Shown here: piece after piece, positions 56,995-64,000 of the stretch
How positions within the stretch are numbered: the stretch's first letter is position 1
Layout: each line of letters starts with the position of its first letter
DNA from: Cytophagales bacterium
Lineage (GTDB): Bacteria; Bacteroidota; Bacteroidia; Cytophagales; MED-G16
Length of the DNA: 64,000 nucleotides
Reading direction: 5' to 3'
NCBI GenBank assembly: GCA_045568775.1
Contig: JBJLAJ010000006.1
Location: forward strand, 65,936-129,935
Translations under genes and position numbers: made by a program
Notes under the pieces: generated by a model
Databases searched by the model: none
What the model saw: the letters and a program-made list of their open reading frames with translations, nothing else
Told to the model about the DNA's origin: nothing

Positions 56995-59211
56995 ATGCTA
57001 AAAATCATTCATTCTTCATTATTTATCATAGTCCTTTTTTCATATTCATTAACAGCAAGAGTTCTGCCTCAAGACGTTGTGTGGAACGAAGAAGAGACGG
57101 GTTACTATACAATCAAAGAAAATAATATAATGCTAATTAGCACAGAGGGTAAAAAAGATCAACTCATTTTGTCCTCATCAGAAGTTGGAGACATAAAGAT
57201 TGAATCATTCTTCTTCTCCAAAAACAAAAATAAAATACTTTTATTTACAAAGTCCATTAAGGTTTGGAGGTATAACACCAAAGGTGATTACTGGGTTTAT
57301 GATTTTCAAACTAAACAAGGAAAGAAAATAGGAAACTCAATGCCAGATTCTAGTCTAATGTTCGCAAAGTTTTCCCCCAATGAAAAGTTTGTTGCGTTTG
57401 TAAGTAAAGAAAAGTCTAATAGCAACATCAGAAATAGCAGCACAAGTGTTAATATCTACATAGAAAATTTAGAAGATAATTCTATAAAAAAACTTACTTC
57501 TTCTAACGGGACCGAGAAATTAATTAACGGAACTTTTGATTGGGTTTATGAGGAAGAGTTTGGATGTAGAGATGGTTTTATTTTTAATGATAGCGGAAAT
57601 AAAATTGCGTTCTGGCAAATAGACGCAAACCAGGTCAGAGATTTTTATATGATAAATAATACAGACTCTATCTACTCATACACCATACCAGTAGAATACC
57701 CAAAAGTTGGAGAAGACCTAACCCCAGCAAAAATTGGTGTAATTGATTTAGATAATGGAAAAATACAATGGATGAAAATTCCTGGAGAGTCACACAAATT
57801 CTATCTTCCAAGAATGACATGGGTCCCTGGAAAAGATGAACTAATGATTCAGCAACTAAACAGAAAACAAAACCACAGCAAAATTTATGTGGCAGATTCA
57901 GACACCGGAGAAAGTAAATTGTTGATGGAAGAAAAAGATGATGCTTGGGTTGACCTAAGAAGCTCTTGGCCATATCAGGTACAGGCTGGATGGAAATTTA
58001 TAAATGATGGTAAAGAATTTTTGTATACCACAGAAAAAGACGGATGGTCACATATCTACAGGTTCAATATTGAAAAACAAACTGAATATTTAGTGACTAA
58101 AGGCGATTACGATGTGGTAAAGCCATTGGCCTATGATAAAAAAGCTGATGAAGTTTATTTTATTGCCTCACCCGATCAGCCAACAGAGAGATATCTTTAT
58201 AAAACATCAGCAAGGGGAAAGGGAAATCTTAAGAGAATTACACCAGATATACTCGAAGGTTCACATAATTACCAGATAAGTACTCAAGCAAAATATGCAT
58301 TCCATTCGTTCTCAAATTATTATACCAGACCTATGCGGGCAATAGTCTCATTACCTGATCACAAATTTATAAATGAAGATCAGAATATGATAAACAAGTT
58401 TGATAAACAAAAGAAAAACAATCATCCACTAGAGTTTTTTCAGATAACTACAGTTGATGATGTCACCATGGAGGGTTGGATAGTTAAACCAAAAGATCTA
58501 GATGAAAACAAGAAGTATCCTGTATTATTCTATTTTTATAGTGAGCCTGCTGGCCAGACTGGAGTAAACAGATACGGGGCTGGAAACAATGGTTTATACG
58601 ATGGAAACTTAGCGGAAGATGGATATGTTTATGTGACATTTGATGGAAGGGGCACACCATCTCCAAAAGGCAGAGAATGGAGAAAAGCTATCTACAGACA
58701 AATAGGAAGAGTCAATGTCAGAGACATGGCAATGGGTGCAAAGGCTGTCTTTGAAAAATATAATTTTATTGATACCTCACGAGTTGCAGTTCATGGTTGG
58801 AGTGGAGGTGGTACTGCTACATTAAATTGTTTATTCCAGTACCCAGATATTTTTCATACTGGGATCGCTGTTGCGGCGGTAGCTAACCAATTAACATATG
58901 ATAACATTTATCAGGAAAGGTATATGGGCGATCCAAAAGAAAGTTATCAGGACTATGTTGATGGATCTCCCATCAAGTACGCCAAAAACCTTGAAGGCAA
59001 TCTGTTGTATATTCATGGCACGGGAGATGATAATGTGCATTATCAAAATGCTGAAATGCTAGCAAATGAATTAATTAAACATAAGAGAGTTTTTTATATG
59101 TTATCCTACCCAAACAGATCTCATGGGATAAGAGAAGACGGCGCATATCCACACGTAAAACTTATGTTCACAGATTTTTTAAGAAAAAACTGCCCGCCAG
59201 GAGGGAAATAA
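56995..59211 (+). CDS. Dipeptidyl-peptidase IV (S9B serine peptidase)
   Basis: 738-aa ORF with a signal peptide and a beta-propeller N-domain (FDWVYEEEF). The catalytic triad context is HGWSGGG, GTGDDNVH and NRSHGI. Confidence 0.9.
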   Translation: MLKIIHSSLFIIVLFSYSLTARVLPQDVVWNEEETGYYTIKENNIMLISTEGKKDQLILSSSEVGDIKIESFFFSKNKNKILLFTKSIKVWRYNTKGDYWVYDFQTKQGKKIGNSMPDSSLMFAKFSPNEKFVAFVSKEKSNSNIRNSSTSVNIYIENLEDNSIKKLTSSNGTEKLINGTFDWVYEEEFGCRDGFIFNDSGNKIAFWQIDANQVRDFYMINNTDSIYSYTIPVEYPKVGEDLTPAKIGVIDLDNGKIQWMKIPGESHKFYLPRMTWVPGKDELMIQQLNRKQNHSKIYVADSDTGESKLLMEEKDDAWVDLRSSWPYQVQAGWKFINDGKEFLYTTEKDGWSHIYRFNIEKQTEYLVTKGDYDVVKPLAYDKKADEVYFIASPDQPTERYLYKTSARGKGNLKRITPDILEGSHNYQISTQAKYAFHSFSNYYTRPMRAIVSLPDHKFINEDQNMINKFDKQKKNNHPLEFFQITTVDDVTMEGWIVKPKDLDENKKYPVLFYFYSEPAGQTGVNRYGAGNNGLYDGNLAEDGYVYVTFDGRGTPSPKGREWRKAIYRQIGRVNVRDMAMGAKAVFEKYNFIDTSRVAVHGWSGGGTATLNCLFQYPDIFHTGIAVAAVANQLTYDNIYQERYMGDPKESYQDYVDGSPIKYAKNLEGNLLYIHGTGDDNVHYQNAEMLANELIKHKRVFYMLSYPNRSHGIREDGAYPHVKLMFTDFLRKNCPPGGK

Positions 59212-59216
59212 GAATA

Positions 59217-60275
59217 CTATTTTAGACTAGCATTTATTTTAGTAATTTCTGATTTTCCTGGACAGAGATCTCCTTCATTTAATGCGTTAAGCGGTTTATC
59301 AACTATATTTAATGTTTGAGCAAGATCCTTTGATTTTGGGTTTATATATAATAGGCCCGTCAATACTTTTCCTTTTTCATAAGATTGTTGAATTTTATTA
59401 ATGGCTTCAATTTTATTTTCTGGATTATAATTTTTTGAAATTTTTTGAAGAGATATTATTGAACCGTCGTGTAATTTTACATCTAGATTTTTTCCTGATC
59501 CATAATTAGCTTTTATGGTACTTTCATTTGCAACAAAATCCGTTTTCGAAGACACTGCGTCATTATGTTCTCTTATATAATCATAACTTTTAGTAGAATT
59601 TTTGTGATTATTAAATGTCACACAAGGAGAGATCACATCAATAAGAGCAAATCCTTTATGTTTTAAAGCTGCTTTCATCAATGGGACTAATTGGCTTTTA
59701 TCTCCAGAAAAACTTCTTGCCACAAAGCTTGCTCCTAAATTAATAGCTATCCCCACTAAGTCAATAGGGGGGAAAAGATTATCATCTCCATATTTACCTT
59801 TAGACTCAAGATCATTAGTTGCGGAAAATTGACCCTTAGTAAGACCATAGGTTCCATTATTTTCAACAATATACACAACGTTTAATTGCCTTCTTACAGC
59901 ATGCACAAACTGACCTATGCCAATAGAGGCTGTGTCTCCATCTCCTGAAACACCAAGATAGGTTAATTCATGATTAGCAAGATTTGCTCCTGTGGCAATC
60001 GAAGGCATTCTCCCGTGAACAGAATTAAATCCATGAGACTGCTTTAAAAAATATGTAGGGGTTTTAGAAGAGCAACCAATACCTGATAATTTTGCAACTT
60101 GATGGCCTGCAATATTAAGCTGAAAACAGGCTTCTACAATGGCAGCACTTATTGAATCATGGCCACAACCAGCACAAAGAGTTGAAATAGGTCCTTCATA
60201 ATCCCTTCTTGTAAGGCCTAGCTTGTTTTTTTTAAGCTTAGGGTGATAATTAGAAGGTTTTTTTATGTAAGTCAT
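59217..60275 (-). CDS. korB: 2-oxoglutarate/2-oxoacid:ferredoxin oxidoreductase beta subunit (TPP-binding)
   Basis: 352-aa ORF with CAGCGHDSI and GDGDTASIG motifs. Confidence 0.9.
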   Translation of the reverse strand: MTYIKKPSNYHPKLKKNKLGLTRRDYEGPISTLCAGCGHDSISAAIVEACFQLNIAGHQVAKLSGIGCSSKTPTYFLKQSHGFNSVHGRMPSIATGANLANHELTYLGVSGDGDTASIGIGQFVHAVRRQLNVVYIVENNGTYGLTKGQFSATNDLESKGKYGDDNLFPPIDLVGIAINLGASFVARSFSGDKSQLVPLMKAALKHKGFALIDVISPCVTFNNHKNSTKSYDYIREHNDAVSSKTDFVANESTIKANYGSGKNLDVKLHDGSIISLQKISKNYNPENKIEAINKIQQSYEKGKVLTGLLYINPKSKDLAQTLNIVDKPLNALNEGDLCPGKSEITKINASLK

Positions 60276-60276
60276 A

Positions 60277-62106
60277 TTATTTTTTATTTAAAATTTCTTT
60301 TATTTTCTTTTCCGATAAGAATTTAATGATTTCAGAACTTATAAATTCTGCAGTTATTGGCATTCCATCAAAACAAAGAACTGGGGTTAGTTTATCAGAA
60401 GATATATTTGCTTTGGATTCAGCTAATAATAGTTTTTTCATTTGGGCATCTCTATTTTGTTCAACTACAAAAACCAGATCATGACTTGTAATAAAATTAT
60501 CAACTTCATCATTGAAAGGAAACGATCTTATCCTCATAGAATCCAGTAATATTCCTTCCGAATTAAGATAATCCAGAGCCTCAATCATTGAATATTCCGA
60601 ACCACCAAAGTATATAACTCCCAAAGAGTTATTATTCGATAAAATAACAGGTTTTGGAACGTGCTGGGAAGCGTTCTCATGTTTTTGCAATATTCTAGAT
60701 AAATTTCTTGCATTTACTTTCCCGTCTTCCGTATACACAGCATATTCATCGTGAGAAGAGCCCCTTGTAAAAAAAGCTCCTTTTTCTGGATGAGTCCCAG
60801 GATACGTACGATAAGGAATGCCGTCACCATCAATATCAAGATACCTTCCAAACTTGTCTATGTTATCCAAATCATCTTTGGACAAAACCTTTCCTCTATC
60901 ATAATTGTGATTATCATTCCACTCAAATTTATCTGTACTGAAGTCATTCATTCCAATGTCTAAATCTGAAAGAACTACTACCGGTGTTTGAAAACGATCA
61001 GCTAGATCAAAAGCTTTCACAGAAAACTCGAAACATTCAGTAGGATTAGAAGGAAACAAAACAATATGCTTTGTGTCTCCATGAGAAGCGTATGCACATA
61101 ATAATATATCCGATTGTTGTGTCCTAGTAGGCATTCCTGTTGAGGGTCCTCCCCTTTGAATATCAAATAAAACTACTGGAACTTCAGCAAAATAAGCTAA
61201 TCCCAAAAATTCAGACATTAATGATATTCCGGGACCACTTGTTGCCGTAAAGGCTCTTGCGCCATTCCAATTTGCCCCTATAGCCATCCCTATAGCAGCC
61301 AACTCATCTTCAGCCTGAACAACTGCAAATTTGTTTTTTTTGGTTTTTTTATCAACTCTTAACTTCTCACAATATTTTGTAAATGCTTCAGCAACTGAAG
61401 TAGATGGTGTTATTGGATACCAGGCACAAACAGTAGCGCCAGAATAAACACAGCCTAGTCCCATAGCATCATTCCCATTTGTAAGTATCATCCCCTTAGT
61501 CTTATTAGATTTTTTGACCTTAATTTCACACTGATTCTTAAAGTTTTCTTTTGCATAATTAAATCCGATTTCTAAGGCTTTAACATTAGGGGCAATAAGT
61601 TTTTCTTTGCCTTTAAATTTTTCTGAAATCAAATCAATATAGACTTTTTTACTAATCCCCAAGAGATATGACAAAGCTCCAACATATACAATATTCTTAA
61701 ATAGAAGTCTTAATTTTGGATTTGAAAATGCTTCAACACACATATCGGTTAGAGGAATGCCTATAACATTAATGTCATCTCTTCCAAAATCTCTTTTCCA
61801 AGAAGAATCATATAATAAATATCCTCCTTTTCTTATTTCGGCAATATCTTCAGCATATGACTGAGGATTCATAGCAACTGATATATCTATCCCTTCTCTT
61901 CTACCTAAATACCCTTTTTCTGTTACCCTTACTTCAAACCAAGTAGGCAATCCTTGAATATTTGATGGAAAAATGTTTTTTGGACTAACAGGAATACCTA
62001 TTCGAAAGACTCCTTTAGCAAACATCTGATTAGCGCTTGCCGATCCTGATCCATTAACATTTGCAAACTTAATCACAAACTCATTTTCAGCTTTTATTTT
62101 ATGCAT
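60277..62106 (-). CDS. korA: 2-oxoglutarate/2-oxoacid:ferredoxin oxidoreductase alpha subunit
   Basis: The track ORF extends to 62247 inside the upstream gene. Met at 62106 (MHKIKAENEFVIKFANVNGSGSASANQMF) gives the typical ~609-aa KorA. It overlaps the upstream stop by 8 nt. Confidence 0.9.
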   Translation of the reverse strand: MHKIKAENEFVIKFANVNGSGSASANQMFAKGVFRIGIPVSPKNIFPSNIQGLPTWFEVRVTEKGYLGRREGIDISVAMNPQSYAEDIAEIRKGGYLLYDSSWKRDFGRDDINVIGIPLTDMCVEAFSNPKLRLLFKNIVYVGALSYLLGISKKVYIDLISEKFKGKEKLIAPNVKALEIGFNYAKENFKNQCEIKVKKSNKTKGMILTNGNDAMGLGCVYSGATVCAWYPITPSTSVAEAFTKYCEKLRVDKKTKKNKFAVVQAEDELAAIGMAIGANWNGARAFTATSGPGISLMSEFLGLAYFAEVPVVLFDIQRGGPSTGMPTRTQQSDILLCAYASHGDTKHIVLFPSNPTECFEFSVKAFDLADRFQTPVVVLSDLDIGMNDFSTDKFEWNDNHNYDRGKVLSKDDLDNIDKFGRYLDIDGDGIPYRTYPGTHPEKGAFFTRGSSHDEYAVYTEDGKVNARNLSRILQKHENASQHVPKPVILSNNNSLGVIYFGGSEYSMIEALDYLNSEGILLDSMRIRSFPFNDEVDNFITSHDLVFVVEQNRDAQMKKLLLAESKANISSDKLTPVLCFDGMPITAEFISSEIIKFLSEKKIKEILNKK

Positions 62107-63913
62107 GATTAAGTTTGTTTTTTTTAATATCCATCGTGGTGCACTTTGAATACGTTCGAGCTTCCTCATATAAAAATGTTTGCATATCCCATGCCGCAGT
62201 AGGACATCTCTCAGCACACAAGCCACAATGGACACATAAGTCTTCATCTTTTACCATTACTCTTTTGGTAGGTAACTCTTCTGATACTAACAAATCTTGA
62301 TTCTTATTAGCTGCTGGTACCCTTAATTTTTCTCTCAATTTATCTTCTGAATCATTATATACAAAATTAATGGTGTCTGTAGGACATATATCAACGCAAG
62401 CATCACATTCAATACATTTACTTTCAGCAAATACTGTTTGAACGTCACAATTAAGACATCTCTGCGCTTCTTCAAAAGCTAATTTTTCATCGTATCCAAG
62501 CTCTACTTCAACTTTTAAATTTTTTAATGATATTTTTTGATCCGCATGTGGGACTAAAAATCTTTTCTTTTGTGATATATCATTATCATATGACCATTCG
62601 TGTACACCCATTTTTTGACTTACTAAATTAGTCATAGGGTCTGGCCTAGAATGTAAATCTTTTCCTTCACAAAGTTTATCTATAGATATAGCTGCCTGAT
62701 GCCCATGAGCAACAGCCCAAATTATATTCTCTGGTCCCCATGCCGCATCCCCTCCAAAGAATACTTTCTCATGTGTTGATTGAAATGTTTTTTTATCGAC
62801 AACTGGCATATCCCACTCTCCAAATTCAATACCAATATCTTTTTCAATCCACTTATACGCATTGTATTGTCCTATAGCAATGATTACATCATCACATTTT
62901 ACTATAACAGGATCTTCTCCAGTAGGAATTAAAGATCTTTTCCCTTTTTTATCGTATGACGCTTTAACTTTTTCGAATTCCATACCAATCAATTTCCCTT
63001 TTTTATGTAAAAATTTCTTAGGCACATGGTTTTCAATAATTGGGATGTTTTCTTCCATAGCATCTTCGATTTCCCATTCAGAAGCTTTCATATCAGTAAA
63101 AGGACTTCTCACTATAACTTTTACATCATTAGCGCCAAGTCTTAATGATGACCTACAACAATCCATTGCAGTATTACCCCCGCCTAACACAATAACTTTC
63201 TTACCCACTGAAGAGGTGTGTTCAAATGCAATGCTTGTTAGCCAATCAATTCCTATATGAATATTTTTCTTAGCTTCTTCTCGTCCTTCTATATAAAGAT
63301 CTCTTCCCTTAGGAGCTCCCGTACCCACAAAAACAGAATCAAAATTCTTCTCCAATAGACTTTTCATGCTTTTAATTTCAGAATTATATCTTACCTCAAT
63401 TCCCAAATTAATTATTTGATCAATTTCTTCATCTAACACTTTTTCCGGCAGCCTAAATGCTGGAATATTAGTGCGCATTAACCCTCCGGCTTTTGGGTCT
63501 TTTTCAAAAAGAACTAATTCATATCCCAAAACAGCTAAATCTCTTGCGACCGTTAATGATGCTGGGCCAGCACCAATTAAAGCAATTCTCTTACCGTTCT
63601 TTTTTGGGATTTCTGGTAAGCGATCTTGAATATTATCCTTATAGTCATATGCAACTCTTTTAAGCCTACAAATAGCAACTGGTTTTTCATGCGATCTTGT
63701 TCTCCTACAAGCCGGTTCACATGGTCGATCACATGTTCTACCTAAAATTCCTGGAAAAACATTCGATTCCCAATTAATCATATAGGCATCAGTATAATTT
63801 CCTTGAGCTATCTGCCTAATATATTCTGGGACTGGAGTATGAGCCGGACATGCATACTGACAATCAACTACCTTATGATAATACTGAGGGTCGCTAGTAT
63901 CCGTTGGTTTCAT
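62099..63913 (-). CDS. GltD-like NAD(P)H-dependent FAD oxidoreductase fused to a C-terminal 2x[4Fe-4S] ferredoxin domain
   Basis: 604-aa ORF with an N-terminal Cys-rich Fe-S region (CQYACPAHTP...GRTCDRPCEPACRR), Rossmann motifs IALIGAGPASL and VIVLGGGNTAMD, and C-terminal CIECDACVDICP and CVHCGLCAERCP. The same frame stays open from 63914 to the window edge, so the real start could lie upstream. Confidence 0.85.
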   Translation of the reverse strand: MKPTDTSDPQYYHKVVDCQYACPAHTPVPEYIRQIAQGNYTDAYMINWESNVFPGILGRTCDRPCEPACRRTRSHEKPVAICRLKRVAYDYKDNIQDRLPEIPKKNGKRIALIGAGPASLTVARDLAVLGYELVLFEKDPKAGGLMRTNIPAFRLPEKVLDEEIDQIINLGIEVRYNSEIKSMKSLLEKNFDSVFVGTGAPKGRDLYIEGREEAKKNIHIGIDWLTSIAFEHTSSVGKKVIVLGGGNTAMDCCRSSLRLGANDVKVIVRSPFTDMKASEWEIEDAMEENIPIIENHVPKKFLHKKGKLIGMEFEKVKASYDKKGKRSLIPTGEDPVIVKCDDVIIAIGQYNAYKWIEKDIGIEFGEWDMPVVDKKTFQSTHEKVFFGGDAAWGPENIIWAVAHGHQAAISIDKLCEGKDLHSRPDPMTNLVSQKMGVHEWSYDNDISQKKRFLVPHADQKISLKNLKVEVELGYDEKLAFEEAQRCLNCDVQTVFAESKCIECDACVDICPTDTINFVYNDSEDKLREKLRVPAANKNQDLLVSEELPTKRVMVKDEDLCVHCGLCAERCPTAAWDMQTFLYEEARTYSKCTTMDIKKNKLNHA

Positions 63914-64000
63914 TGGCGCTTCCTTAGCTAAAAAACCCTCTATCTTTTTTTTGTTTTCATGAGATTTAACCTTAAGATCATTGATTATATTTTTGAATTT

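Noticed and set aside
62107-62247. The N-terminal 47-codon extension of korA in the ORF track (MKTYVSIVACVLRDV...). Similar extensions occur for the AtpZ-like gene (32477..32539) and gldK (44707..44730).
   Set aside because: The extensions lie inside the preceding gene (korA, AtpZ-like) or precede a perfect lipoprotein signal (gldK). Internal Met codons give family-typical N-termini and the short overlaps that are typical of this window.
56995-63913. The visibly GC-richer stretch covering DPP-IV, korAB and the GltD-like fusion, as a possible horizontally acquired island.
   Set aside because: There are no flanking repeats, tRNA, integrase or abrupt boundary. gldK/gldM and atpA show the same shift, so conserved or highly expressed genes with constrained amino-acid composition explain it better. 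A quantitative GC-skew or codon-usage test was not possible by eye.

Overview
This is a strongly AT-rich 64-kb stretch that reads as core chromosome of a genome-streamlined Bacteroidota, class Flavobacteriia. Supporting markers are the porP/sprF-gldK-gldL-gldM-gldN type IX secretion/gliding core, DUF4271 and hemD-like neighbours, atpBEFHAG without atpDC, bactofilin and AtpZ upstream of atp, DUF721 after recF, DUF4199, and TAnnTTTG -7 boxes. I accept about 57 protein-coding genes. Hand-summing the gaps between accepted ORFs leaves roughly 1.4 kb (about 2 percent) non-coding, nearly all of it at divergent junctions. All 10 convergent gene pairs abut within 8 nt or overlap. I found no rRNA, tRNA, CRISPR array, transposase, integrase, phage gene or recognisable defence gene, and no intergenic gap is long or GC-rich enough to hide a structured RNA. 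Content is housekeeping: ileS, glyQS, recF, uvrA, uvrC, PBP1A, lspA, ribH, pdhA, F-ATPase, an oadGAB Na+-pumping decarboxylase, korAB, Na+/H+ and K+/H+ antiporters, DPP-IV and MoxR. I see no accessory island and cannot claim a clearly novel system. The observations most worth a second look are: (1) a (TA)8 tract that puts the ATG-initiated signal peptide of atpB one frame away from the rest of the gene; (2) an OM-barrel / TPR / coiled-coil membrane protein trio chained by overlapping or near-abutting stop/start codons to LptC; (3) a fused GltD-like NAD(P)H oxidoreductase plus 2x[4Fe-4S] ferredoxin gene overlapping korA; (4) a glyQS-MMPL/RND-ileS-lspA operon; (5) a coupled DUF3050 (haem-oxygenase-like) and pirin pair. 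All family calls come from motif recognition by eye. No searches were run.
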